Below are positions 38,302 through 50,884 of a stretch of 64,000 bases of DNA, one piece after another (the first letter of the stretch is position 1; each line of letters starts with the position of its first letter). The translations under genes and the position numbers were made by a program. The notes beneath the pieces are model-generated. The model was not told the origin of the DNA and did not search any database. It was given only the letters and a program-made list of their open reading frames with translations. Source of the stretch: Octopus vulgaris (lineage: Eukaryota); NCBI GenBank assembly GCA_951406725.2, contig OX597817.1, positions 33,108,001-33,172,000 on the forward strand, given 5' to 3'.

Positions 38302-38530
38302 TATTTCTTTACTACCCACAAGGGGCTAAACACAGAGGAGACAAACAAGGACAGACAAACAGATTAAGTCGATTATATCGATCCCAGTGCGTAACTGGTA
38401 CTTATTTAATCGACCCCCAAAGGATGAAAGGCAAAGTCGACCTCGGCGGAATTTGAACTCAGAACGTAGCGGCAGACGAAATACCGCTAAGCATTTCGTC
38501 CAGTACGCTAACGATTCTGCCAGCTCGCCG
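38302..38530 (-). mobile_element. tRNA-derived SINE (family A) inside the Helitron
   Basis: Reverse complement of family A. TSD (G)CTTAATACC. Confidence 0.9.
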
Positions 38531-39732
38531 CTTAATACCATATAAACTGCTAACTAAAATGGTACTTATACAGTTTACGCTTATCAACTTGAAACGACTT
38601 CTAACTGCGTGCTAATTCAACTTAAACCGTCCACTGGAACGCACCATTATAATAAATTACACCGTTCAGAGGACGGGTGCATTTGCTAGTACACACACAC
38701 ACACACACATGCACTGACTTCAGCATTTGTTATCATTATCAAGGTCACAGAATGGAAATATGAGAATTAAAGACGATATTCTAATTAAACATTTAAACAA
38801 ACTTTTCATATTACTCCGAAAGTTTAATATATTCTCCAACATGCAAAAGTTGTTGAGAACATTACGCTGGGGGAAGCTGGCATGACACTTCATCGTGAGT
38901 GACATTACATCGTCAACAAATCTGGAGGCTGTATGCAAGAAAATTCTCTTGAGTTAATATACAATTATCTGTGGGAGACGATCCTCGTCAAAATATATTA
39001 TTTTCCCGTTTAACCAGAGTGGTTGTTAAACATCTGAACAACAACGGATCAACAAAGAAACACGATTTATTTACAAATATCGACCGAAAGTAAATGCTTT
39101 GTTTTAATTAATACGACTACACTCCTATTTACAAACATGTTGTGTGACATTACGTTGTCAGTTATCATACTGCTAATGCTGTACCCTGAAATTTACATTT
39201 TACATTGTATTTTGGAATGATATGAGAAAGAATGATATGAGAAAGAACTGTGACTATTTGTATTTTGAAATCATGCAAAAACTATTAGTGCAGTTTTTTA
39301 CTTTTTATTTATCCTACGTGTAGGTTTGAATATGTACGTGTTTGTGGTCAAAGATCTGATAACGAGAGACCTGCAACGGGTAACCACGTAAGCCAGCACA
39401 ATCTGCGCATAGCTGGGTCGTTGGAGACTAAATTGCCACACCTGAGCCTGCTTGTTGAAGAGGCATGTTTTTGGACACCGTGTAACAACGAAATACTGCA
39501 ACTTCCAGAGTTAACACACTAATAAATGCAGCAAATTGTAGTATAGTCAAGAACAGTTGCGGTTCTCTAATCGTTCGCATAGCGGAACTTTTCGTTTTTA
39601 AGTTCTATGACGTCTCGGAAGCAGAGACTTGCTCTTGCCAGACTGATATATGTCTTCATTGTAATAGGAACTCATGACAGGGATCTACATCTGAAATAAG
39701 AACTAAATCACTCTGGCCTGATATTACTAATA

Positions 39733-40148
39733 AGGCGGCGAGCTGGCAGAAACGTTAGCACGTCGGGCGAAATGCTTAGCGGTATTTCGACTGCCGCTAC
39801 GTTCTGAGTTCAAATTCCACCGAGGTCGACTTTGCCTTTCATCCTTTCGGGGTCGATTAAATAAGTACCAGTTACGCACTGGGGTCGATATAATCGACTT
39901 AATGCATTTGTCCTTGTTTGTCTCCTCTCTGTTTAGCCCCTTGTGGGTAGTAAAGAAATAGGTATTTCGTCTGCCGCTACGTTCTGAGTTCAAATTCCGC
40001 CGAGGTCGACTTTGCCTTTTCATCCTTTCGGGGTCGATTAAATAAGTACCAGTTACACACTGGGTCGATATAATCGACTTAATCCGTTTGTCTGTCCTTG
40101 TTTGTCTCCTCTCTGTTTAGCCCCCTGTGGGTAGTAAAGAAACAGGTA
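39733..40148 (+). mobile_element. SINE family A with a tandem 5'-truncated second copy
   Basis: A full copy runs to ~39960, then the sequence restarts at GGTATTTCGTCTGCCGCTACG. Confidence 0.88.
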
Positions 40149-40634
40149 TTACTTGTATGAACTTTATAAATGTGAGGGAGGTTGGAAAAAGTGTTAGTAA
40201 AAGAAAAGGAACGGTAGTTAAAACATTTGATAAGCACTGATCTAAATGATGTTGAAGATGTTAAAGATTATGATGATGATGATTAATGAACGTGATGCAT
40301 GTATTGGTATGAAAGGAAAGTTGATGCTGGTGAAAATGGTGGTAGTAGTGAAAGAAGTATTGGTAATGCGTGATATATGCGGGGATGGTGACGAAGTGGT
40401 TTGAGTGACTATGATGGTGGTGGGTGTGATGAAGGTGATGGTAATGATGCAGATAACGATAGATGGGCTCTGCTAAATTAGAAGATAGGGATGGTTACGT
40501 TGAGTACGGTGATGTTGCTGAGGATAATGATAATGAAGTAGATGAAGACGATCATTGTGATGATGGTGGTGTAAGTGGACTGCTGAAACGGTATAGAAGG
40601 TATGGGAGATGGTGGTGAGTAATAGTCATTGTGT

Positions 40635-40800
40635 GGAGGCACATGGCCTAGTGGTTAGAGCAGCGGACTCGCGGTCGAAGGATCCCGGGTTCGAATCTCA
40701 GATTGGGCGATGTGTGAGTTTATGAGCGAAACACCTAAGTTCCACGCGGCTCCGGCAGAAGGTAATGGCGAACTTCTGCTGACTCTTTCGCTACAACTTT
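40635..40800 (+). mobile_element. 5' part of SINE family C with a tRNA-Arg(TCG)-like head
   Basis: TGGCCTAGTGG A-box, CGGACTCGCGGTCG anticodon-like arm and GGGTTCGAATC B-box. No proper acceptor stem; continues into the SINE body. Confidence 0.75.
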
Positions 40801-40801
40801 T

Positions 40802-40982
40802 TATTTCTTTACTATCCACAAGGGGCTAAACATAGAGGGGACAAACAAGGACAGACAAACGGATTAAGTCGATTACATCGACCCCAGTGCGTAACTGGTA
40901 CTTAATTTATCGACCCCGAAAGGATGAAAGGCAAAGTCGACCTCGGCGGAATTTGAACTCAGAACATAGCGGCAGAGGAAAT

Positions 40983-41033
<51 letters not shown>

Positions 41034-41206
41034 CATATATACAACGGGCTTCTTTCAGTTTCCGTCTACCAAATCCACTCACAAGGCTTTGGTCGGCCCG
41101 AGGCTATAGTAGAAGGCACTTGCCCAAGGTTCCACGCAGTGGGACTGAACCAGGAACCATATGGTTGGTAAGCAAGCTACTTACCACACAGCCACTCCTA
41201 CGCCTA
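40802..41206 (-). mobile_element. Adjacent SINE fragments (family A 40802-40978; family B 5' half 41040-41206) joined by a CA/TA microsatellite
   Basis: Direct sequence match to other copies in this window. Confidence 0.85.
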
Positions 41207-41414
41207 TACATATATTTTTTTCTGCATTTCGATTGCATTCGTCAGCTACCAATTTTTTCTTCTTTTTTTGCACTTATTTATTTCCAGATTGCTACCTTTG
41301 CTTGCTGGTAAGCTCTTCCTTTGCGTTCATTATTCTTATTTAGTAGTTATGAATAACTGGTCTCTCTTTTTGTCGATCAACGCCCATACCCTATAAGGAT
41401 ATGGGCGTTGGTCT

Positions 41415-41600
41415 CGTCAAACAGGTCTTCATGTTTTCTAGCTGTGAAGCCTAAGGTCTCCTGACAGGCTGCCGAAGTGTCTGCTTTTAAAGCAACCAAG
41501 ATTTTTCAATAGTGTTTCAAGTTGAAGGACATCAGTTCATCATTTACGTACTGCAGAACTTGCTCTGCCTTTATTTGGCTTGAGAAATGCAACATTAATT
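41415..41600 (-). pseudogene. RTE-type LINE ORF fragment (EN-RT linker)
   Basis: Minus strand reads ...ACQETLGFTARKHEDLFDE, resembling the LG...RKHQDWFDE linker of RTE elements. Confidence 0.5.
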
Positions 41601-41757
41601 TTCTAGGCACGTAACCATGATGGGGCTGTGGCGTGCTTATCCTCCCACGCCACAGTTAGAATTTCAGCCCCTCCAGTTTCAGAATTTGCATTATTCACTG
41701 GAACAATACAGTATATACAGTATATACATACATACATACATACATACATACATACAT

Positions 41758-41819
<62 letters not shown>

Positions 41820-42076
41820 AGTGTGTGCGTGCGTGTGTACTATAGAATTGGTCAGTACTGAAAGCAATTCCATGTTAAACCCCATGGAAAAATAAACTGG
41901 AGACAGATTTATGTGTGCGGGTGTGTCTAAAAAGCATTGACTACTTTATCTCAGGCGACAAAAATCTTCCAGGTACACCTGTTTGTGTGTGCACGTACAC
42001 ACACACACATATCGATTGTAGATATGCATAAATCCGAAGGAGAAGCACACTCTAAGATGTAGAGCAGTTAATATTA

Positions 42077-42935
42077 TAGTGGGGTAGGGCGCTTTATGGG
42101 GTTACCGTGGATTTCTCGCTCATAAGGGGTTTAGTCTTACGGCGTATGTTTGAGAGCGCTTTATGGGGTTACCGTGGATTTCTCGCTCATAAGGGGTTTA
42201 GCCTTACGGCGTATGTTTGAGGGCGCTTTATGGGGTTACCGTGGGTTTCTCGCTCATAAGGGGTTTAGCCTTACGGCGTATCTTCAGACCCCAAACTTTG
42301 CTGGCCTGAGACCTCTTCAAAATATGGCGTCCACAGAAGTACGTGGGGTGCACTGGGAACTCTCTCAAACAGTGTATTTCCAATCATATATCCTCCTTCA
42401 GAATCCCGGAAAGGAGATACGTGACATCGCTGGTCAGCCATATCTGGCAATTACCAGACAAGGAGATTCCATACTCGATCGCATGAAAAATACTTGAGAA
42501 CCCGGGCCCCTACATAAACGGGACGAAACGGTACAAGTTATGCATTGCCGAGCGCCCGAGGATCCTTAAAGACTCGCTCGTGCCAGGGGGAATCCTGAAC
42601 TCCAGGACAGAGACTTTAGGCCCATGCCTGCATTTTAGAAAATTCCTGCTGGCCTTTTGGCATCTGCATGGCGGCACCACAGGCGGAAACCAATAACCAA
42701 GGCCGAAGGGATACAATCTTGATGACTGCAAGATGGCAGTGCGGCCGAAGATCGATGGAGAATGGCTAAGGGATATAATCACCTAAAGTTTTACCTTAAA
42801 ATTGAGGCTTTTCTCCGTCCATATTTTAAAGAGGTCTCAGACCAGCAGTGTTTGGGATCTGAAGATACGCCGTAAGGCTAAATCCCTTATGAGCGATAAA
42901 CCCAGGGCAACCCCATAAACCGACCTACCCCACTA
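42077..42935. mobile_element. Non-autonomous DNA transposon with ~120-bp TIRs in TA context; 67-bp triplication in the left TIR
   Basis: TAGTGGGGTAGG...TCTTCAGACCCCAAAC...GAGACCTCTTCAAAATATGG mirrors CCATATTTTAAAGAGGTCTCAG...CCTACCCCACTA. Repeat units start at 42091, 42158 and 42225. Confidence 0.8.
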
Positions 42936-43015
42936 TAATATATATATGTATCGTCCGTAAACATAAATCCGAAAAAAGAAATACACTGTAAGTTATAGAG
43001 CAGTATATATTAAAT

Positions 43016-43127
43016 TTAGATAAGGCCGGTTTATGGGATTACCTTAGGTTCCACGCTCATAAAGGGCCTGGTTTTATCTCATCAAATCCTAAAACCTGGT
43101 TTTATGGCCTTATCTAACCGGCCTTAT

Positions 43128-43131
<4 letters not shown>
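43016..43131. mobile_element. Mini TIR element (16-bp perfect TIR)
   Basis: TTAGATAAGGCCGGTT / AACCGGCCTTATCTAA. Internal TTATGGGATTACC...CGCTCATAAAGGG resembles the subterminal repeat of the 42077 element. Confidence 0.7.
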
Positions 43132-43180
<49 letters not shown>

Positions 43181-43332
43181 ACAAAGCAACCCTCTATGGG
43201 ATAACGTATATCCAATATACTGCCAGTGAAGTACCCAACAAAGTTAATACATAAATGTTAATGATTGCGATGCAATCAATTCATTTACTGTATTATATGG
43301 GCAAAAGTAAAATGATTTACCACAAATTACTA

Positions 43333-43545
43333 ATACAAGATAAGAAAATGGAGAAATACATCTAAATCAAATATCAATTACCAGATAATACTCAATCACA
43401 TACTTTATTAAACCACCACACTGATTTGTTCTGCTTTTTATATTTAACCCTACAGTCTCTTATGTGGTGGTTTAATAAAGTATGTGATTGAGTATTATCT
43501 GGTAATTGATATTTGATTTAGATGTATTTCTCCATTTTCTTATCT

Positions 43546-43550
<5 letters not shown>
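43333..43550. repeat. Perfect 88-bp inverted repeat with a 42-nt spacer at the end of a (TA)n-embedded insert
   Basis: 43333-43420 is the reverse complement of 43463-43550. Confidence 0.92.
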
Positions 43551-43600
<50 letters not shown>

Positions 43601-44407
43601 AGAGATAGAGAGAAAGAGAGAGGGAGAGAGATTTATGGTACTGGTAATGCACACATACACGCACACACAGTATGTATATGAATAGAGATGAAAATTAACA
43701 AATCATTTTATTCCCACCAGCCAGGAAATATTATTGAGCTTGTGAATTCAGGAAAAAGGTAAGAAAAAATTCCCATCGTTGGTATTTTGAACATACAATT
43801 TGAATGTTTCCGAAATATACATTCAGAAAAGCCTTTTCAGCTGAGAAGATTCACGGAATAATTTTTGTTTCGCTTTGAGCATATTTTCCGAAAGTTCATA
43901 CTGAAACCTTTTTGTGTTTAATTAAAAAGGCATAACTTTGCTTGAACTGAAATCTCTTCGAGTTTAATTTAAAATACATGAATTATAAGAAATTATTATA
44001 CTTGCTATGATATTCTGCCTTAGAATTATTGCGAATTTTAGTGCCCACGCAGATTTTTTGAAGCCACCCTAAGTATCAAAATCTGGCGACGGACCCGAAT
44101 ATAGAACCAGAGAACTGACCCTAAAATTTATAAATCCATACAACTTGGTTTCTTATGCCACAAACGACTCGTCCTGTTGTTATATATATATAAATCAGTA
44201 TGGATCTTTCTCAAGAAAGCCAAGAGAAAAAATGTTTTATTTTGACACATTCTACCAGTATACGAAGTTTAAAAGTGTTTTTTAGTTAACTAGAAATTGT
44301 GTTGAAAACTGCCATTCAAAAGGAAAAGATCCACCAGTATTAAATGTTGGTTAAATCGTTTTTATTCAATCGACATTAGTGTAAGATCACTCAACGAAGT
44401 ATACCTT

Positions 44408-44835
44408 ATGGTCAGTATACTACGGAGTGTTAGTACAATAATGAATTGCAGCCGAAAAAGCGAACGGAAGCAATCATTGCAGAATTTCCAATCTGATTCA
44501 CCTAATGCTAAACAGAAGAGAATTGCAAACGAAGAAGTTTCGCAGCTCAAGGAAGGTAGTGTTAGTTTTGCAGAGTCTTTGACACCCTCATTGGCTGATC
44601 TAGGACAGGTCGACTGCCAACCAATACAACCAGTTCTAGCAAAGTTTGATTTTAAAATTTGTGAAAATCAGAAACGTGACTTGTCATCAAGCTAGTATAT
44701 CGGTCGTTCATGGTTAGAGTATTCTATTTCAAAGAAAACGTTATTTTGTTTTCCTTGTCGGCACTTTAACACTTCTGCTTAAGTGGATACTTGCTCTATT
44801 AACGATGGATATTCTAACTGGCATCACGCAAAAAA

Positions 44836-44868
<33 letters not shown>

Positions 44869-47520
44869 ACAAACAAACAAGCAAAGGTTTTAATAAGCAC
44901 GCAAAGTCTGCAGTTCATGTCCAAGCTATGATAACATGGAAGGCACACAAACAGTGCTTATCCACAACATTCGTGCCTTCAATTTTGCAAAATGATCAGC
45001 GGAGCAAAAACCGTTACTATATCAATTCAATTGTTGATATTGTACATTTTCTTTGCGTAAACGAATTGCCTTTTCGAGGAAATGAAATTGAATCTTTTGA
45101 GGATCTTTATTCGGAGGGTGAGACGCAGCCTTGTGGTCTTTTCATGAAATTATTCCAATACACATTAGAGAAAAACTCAAAGCTAATGGAATATTACAGC
45201 ACGATTCCAAAAAATGCGACCTATACCTCAGCAGCAATGCAAAACGAAATATATTTCTTTATTACCCACAAGGGGCTAAACATAGAGGAGACAAACAAGG
45301 ACAGACAAAGGGATTAAATCGATTACATCGACCCCAGTGCGTTATTGGTACTTAATTTATCGACCCCAAAAGGATGAAAGACAAAGTCGACCTCGGCGGA
45401 ATTTGAACTCACAACGTAACGGCAGACGAAATACCGCTAAGCATTTCGCCCGACGTGCTAACGTTTTTGCCAGCTCGCCGCCTTGCAAAACGAAATAATC
45501 GAATCGAATTGTTGAGGAGATACACTGTCAGCCTTGTCGATGAAATAAAATGTTCTGATGTTCCTTACTTTATGCTGAAATGTGACGGAATGCATGATTT
45601 GAGTAATACTGAAAATATTGCGATTGTTATTAGGTATGTAAGGACTGTGCGATGCGAGGTGATGAGAATCGCTCTTTAGTACATCATACAGCATTTACAA
45701 TAAATACATATTGAATAGTACATATAAGTGCCAGAGGGAAAAAGGAGACACAACTGTGTAGAATGATTAAGAGAAGATTTATTGATATGTTAATATGTGT
45801 GTTTGTGTGTGCGTCATGTATACAGAATAATAGACAGGCCGTTATGAGAACAAATGTGTGCGTGTAAGCATAGATGATGCGCCTGTTAAGAACAGATAAG
45901 AATGGCAATGAAGAATACTGTGAAAGAGTATATAACCATCGAAATGAGAAGAAAGTTCATGCACACAAGAAAGAGAATACCAGTTCATAGTCAATTGTAC
46001 ACGGTAGTTGAAATACTGTATCAAGAAGTCGCGGCCATGATGCTGAACCGGTTACAGGTATATGTCGTACGTGAGGTCATGGCTCCGATGCTACTGCCTG
46101 GGTCACTTGGTGCAGGAGTTCTTGCAGGTTGTATATTTGCTGTTGATCCATGGAAAAGTAATTCACGAACAGTGAAGTGTTAGAACCTGGGTGAAATACT
46201 TGCTGAGCTGTGTACGTAGAGAGATGATGTTGACGATGTTGAGATGATGGCAACGAAGGAGGTTGCCGTAATGCTGTTGGACGAGGTTGGTAAGTCTTAA
46301 CGTGGCTGCTGAGGTGTCGTCGCTGGCACTGGCTGTGTCTTGTGTGGTCAATGCCAAGACAAAAAGACAGGAGCACTGTCTGGCAAAATTAATGTTCAAT
46401 GAAAGACTCAGAATCGACTTGAAAAACATAAACCCTATGTTCATTGTCTTAATCATCATTTGCATCTTGTGGTTAACACAATAAAGCGGATTCCGGAGTT
46501 AGCTACGTTCTTCAACACCGTTAATATTCTTCATAATGTTATTAAATGGCCAAGAATAGCTAGTCTCTGCAAAGGATTGAAATTGCCACGTCTTATGGAG
46601 CATAGGTGGTCGGGTCATTTCAGTGCCATTGTTTCTGTAATAGAAAATCACTCTAAGATTTTTGGTTTGCCAACTGAGTGCACAGATTCATCAGATTCAA
46701 AAACGTGGATTGAAACCATTTTATATCATGTTCGTTCCAAAAAGTTTGTTTTTCTAGCCCTTGTTCTTAACAAATTTTTGTATATAATTAGGCCAGTAGA
46801 CAAACAGCTTCAGAGCCAACAATTGTGATATACACCATGGCATTGAGCTTCTTAAGATTGCCAAGAGTGAAATAACCAAACTAAGAGACTCTTTAATATT
46901 TGTTGAGATCCTGAAATAAATGAGCCAATTTAATGTTATTGAGGAACGCATGCATCGAAAAACTTGCGGGTCCCAACGTTTTTCAGATTATGTTGTTGAA
47001 GCCCTGGTACCGTCACAAAATGACTGGATAATCTTTCACCACAAAATTTATTTCGCCATCATCGATAAAAACCTGGGAGAGCTAGATAATAGATTTTCAG
47101 AGCAAAACGACAGCATATATTCTTCCTTGGCAAGTCTGCTACCAATCTCCGAGACATTTTTTGGATTTTGATACTTTAGTTAATTGCAATAAATCGGCCT
47201 TGTTGTCTGAACTTAGTGTGTCTAAAGCATACATTTCCAAACAAAATATGATGACACTGCTTGATATTTTTGGATCTTTACGTATCGTACAGGATGTCTT
47301 TCCAAATGTTTATCTATTGTATGGTGTAGCATTAACATTTGGGTCTAGCACAGCCACATGCGAGCCATCGTTTTCGACGCTAACTCCCTTTCGACGAAAT
47401 ATGACGCGCCCGCGAAAATCAAAATTTTTTATACTTGCTTCTCTTAGTAAATACAAATCACTCAGACAAGGACGATTTTCTTAATTTTTCTTTGTATTGC
47501 ATTGCCATAGATTGCAGTTA
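44408..47520 (+). pseudogene. hAT transposase remnant (ZMYM1/DUF4371-like) with nested insertions
   Basis: RSWLEYS...FCFPCRHF, NELPFRGNE, PKNATYTSAAMQNEI, YFMLKCDG...IAIVIRYV, YVHCLNHHLHLVV, RWSGHF and TATCEPSFSTL. A TIR-like end GCTACGTACCTG lies at 47669-47680. Confidence 0.88.
45252..45483 (-). mobile_element. SINE family A inserted in the hAT transposase
   Basis: 14-bp TSD TGCAAAACGAAATA. Confidence 0.92.
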
Positions 47521-48042
47521 TATTAACCTGATTTTATTATTTTGTGTTGTGAATTTTCTTGAAAAACGTAATCAAATTTTATAAACAGTACGGTTTTTAG
47601 AATTCTGTTCAGCACCAACAGCTATAAAGATAGCCCCCCCCCCACCACCGCCGAGTTGCAATCGGCTTGCTACGTACCTGCCTCCGAGTTACATATATCT
47701 GTCATCTTTCTTTCAAGCAATCTGATATTATTCTCTATTTCCCATTTTCTTCCTGGGGAGAGAGGTACATTCTTCTTTGAGAATATATTTAGTATTCACA
47801 AACCATCTGTTTATCCAGTTTTCTGATCATTATGGATTCTATTTGACTTGCGTTCATTTGTTTAGCTGGTTATCAGGTGGTTAGTCAGTTTCCTCATTTC
47901 GGTGTTGCCATTAATATGTTGTCCAACATAAAAACTCCCCAGCCGAGAAAAATGAGATTAGTATCAATCATTATCGAAGAGATCTGCAGCAGAATCTCAT
48001 ACAAACGATCTTTTTTTTCCATCTATCGGTCTTTATTGAGGA

Positions 48043-48439
48043 CTAGCAGTATCGCCCGGCGTTGCTCGGGTTTGTAAGGGAAATAACTATATAACCATTT
48101 TTAGAGAGTTATAGCCAAAAAATAGCAAAAAAATGCATCAAAAATGGAAAAAAAATGATGGTAATTTTAAAAAAAAATCGTTGACTCATCGTAGACATTT
48201 TTAGAGAGTTACTTCCCTTATATAATAGCGAAAAAATGCATTAAAATGGAAAAAATGATGATAAATTTTTTTAAAAGTCATAGACTCATCGTAGACGCGC
48301 GCTAATACCCAGAAGGGCTTGATATGAATCACGACTATAAGATACCCGATTTTGGTTAAACTGCACCGCAAAATGTGGGAGTAGTTAGGAATCTAAATCG
48401 TAGGAGACAGACACACAACTTCACTTTTATATATAAAGA
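48043..48439 (-). mobile_element. Non-autonomous Helitron
   Basis: Minus strand A|TCTTTATATATAAAAG...CCCGAGCAACGCCGGG hairpin...CTAG|T. Confidence 0.85.
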
Positions 48440-48629
48440 TATATGCAGAGATCACTGTCTTGTTGTTTACGACAGCTCTTTCACCTTTTCTGACTACCTC
48501 AATTATTTTATCTATCCATTTCTCTGCTAACAATAGCAACTCTGGCTCTGTAAGCCACCCAGAAGAATTTGTACATGTGTTCTCTGCTCGTGAAGAGTGT
48601 GGCTGAGGTTTCGCCTATCTTACCTCTCG

Positions 48630-48857
48630 TTGGCGAGCTGGCAGAATCGGTAGCACGCCGGCGAAATGCTTAGCAGTATCTCGTCTGCCGTTATGATCTG
48701 AGTTCAAATTCCTCCGAGGTCAATTTTGCTTTTCATCCTTTCGGGGTCAATTAAATAAGTACCAGTTGCACTCTGGGGTCGATGTAATCGACTTAATCCC
48801 TTTGTCTGTCATTGTTTGTCCCTTCTATGTTTACCCCCTGTGGGCAATAAAGAAATA
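48630..48857 (+). mobile_element. SINE family A
   Basis: GGCGAGCTGGCAGAATCG...AATAAAGAAATA. Confidence 0.88.
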
Positions 48858-49836
48858 TATCTTACATCGCGTACACTGCACGCATCTAATCGCAAACATC
48901 GATAATCTTCCCAGATCTGCATTTCAAGCCAACGTTGATACTAGATGTTCTGAAGTTCTGAAATTTTCTGGCGATGTTTTTGGTAATTTGATGTCTATTT
49001 TCTGCATCTGAAAGCAAAAGAGTTTAGTAACAGTTAAAGTGTTTTCACGCATACACAGTTCTTCTCACTTGCTCACTCCATTACAGTGTGCAACATTAAC
49101 TTGATATACGTAAATAAGGTTTTTGCTTGACCAGACTACCATGTTTTTGATACCTTTTTTAAAAAAAGAAGTCTTTCTTATCACAAACTAATTTACACCA
49201 CAGACCGAATGCATTCTATCATGCCCTCCACACTACAAAAAGCTGTCTGGCAGGACTGAAATCTGTTCTCAGTATTAGAGTAACTACTTTCCTTGATGTG
49301 TTGTCTTCATTGAAGCATGCATACATCACGTCTCCTTTGTGCAGAATAAAAATAATAGAAATAGTTTAAACTTAGTAGAGTTGTATGTCGTGACATTTTT
49401 TGAAGAAACCGGGGAATAATATATCACGTACCTAAGTTACCTGAGATGAAGATCACTAATGATCTACCTAAATGAATTTTCAAATAAGGTTGGTGTGAGA
49501 GAGGGGGAGGGAGAGAGAGAGAAAAGAAGACTTGGAATAAGAGAGAGAGAGAGAGAGAGATTATTCATGTTAGAAGTCATTGTTTGCACAACGTCCAATG
49601 GAGGATGTTTATATGTTTATATGTATACGTACAATTTTAGCAGTTAAAGGAAACTACTTATCATAATTAAGTAGCAGAAATAATGATTGTTTGCATAGTT
49701 TAAATTTTGCATAGTTTAAACTTAGCATACTTGCTTGTTGCAGCCTGCTTGAGAAATGGAGACTAATATTCTATGATCATGAATCCGTTGAGCTAAACAT
49801 GGACGATTACCCACATAAATGCTCAAATAAAGCCTG

Positions 49837-49881
<45 letters not shown>

Positions 49882-50043
49882 AATAGTGTACATTTAAACA
49901 CGAGAAAACTACCTTTAACTGATCATTTTTTCACGCTAGAAGAAGCAGTCAAAACGACCAAAACCACATTTAAGAGCAATTTTCGAAGGGAATGAAAAAT
50001 ATAAACTTTTACCTTGTTATTTTCTGCGGTTATACCTAGGTTT

Positions 50044-50843
50044 CTGAAACATGGGTTGTGACAGCGGAGAGCATGCGTAGGCTTGAAAGAAATGAAGCTA
50101 GCATGATCCGCTGGATATGTAATGTCAGTGTGCACACACGACAGAGTGTAAGCACCCCGAAAGAAATGTTGGACATAAGAAGCATTGGATGTGGCGTGCA
50201 AGAGAGACGTTTGCACAGGTATGGTCATGTACTATGGATAGATGAGGAGAGCTGTATGAAGAAGTGCCACTCCCAAATAATTGAAGGAATCTGGGGCAGA
50301 GGTAGATCCAGGAAGACATGGGATGAGGTGGTGAAGGCCTTTGAACGTTGGACCTCACAGAGGCAATGATGAAAAACCAAGACCTCTGGAGATATGTTGT
50401 GACTGCGAAGACCTGGCAAATAAATTGAGTTCATGGCTGTCTCTTACACCAGTTTCGCATAACCAGCCCCAGCCCATTCAAAAGTACTTTGGATCGTAGG
50501 GCGACCTGCTGTGCTTGAGGAGACCTATTGAGTCAAGTACATCAACATCAAAATGAAAATCAAATGGAAATTGTAGTTGTGATACCCATGCCGGTGGCAC
50601 GTAGAAAGCACCATCCGAACATGGCCAATGCCAGCACCGCCTTGACTGGCTTCCGTGCTGATGGCACACAAAAAGCACCCACTACATTCACGGAGTGGTT
50701 GGCATTAGGAAGGGCATCCAGCTGTAGAAACACTGCCAGATCAGACTGGAGCCTGGTGCAGCCTCCTGGCTTCCCAGACCCCGGTCAAACCATCCAACCC
50801 ATGCTAGCATGGAAAACGGACATTAAACGATGATGATGATGAT
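50044..50843 (+). mobile_element. 5'-truncated RTE LINE: RT C-terminus, 3' UTR and (GAT)n tail
   Basis: RRLERNEASMIRWICNV...RRLHRYGHVL...RGRSRKTWDEVVK, followed by the UTR shared with the copies at 14572, 51685 and 61298. Confidence 0.88.
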
Positions 50844-50884
50844 GTAGGGATATATGTATAGAGAGAGAAATAAAAACTGAAAAT

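Larger units (their letters stand above)
35121..38689 (+). mobile_element. Helitron, internally deleted and decayed, with both termini
   Basis: A|TC 5' end. 3' hairpin CACCGTTC-AGAG-GACGGGTG then CTAG|T. Rep/Hel remnants lie inside. Confidence 0.8.

Noticed and set aside
38720-39720. CpG-richer unique-looking segment as possible exons or promoter
   Set aside because: No convincing spliceable frame or recognisable protein motif on either strand.
40635-40712. Functional tRNA-Arg gene
   Set aside because: The acceptor stem does not pair and the sequence runs into a SINE body, so it is a SINE head.
42091-42280. CRISPR-like array
   Set aside because: These are head-to-tail 67-bp repeats with no unique spacers, in a eukaryotic transposon TIR.
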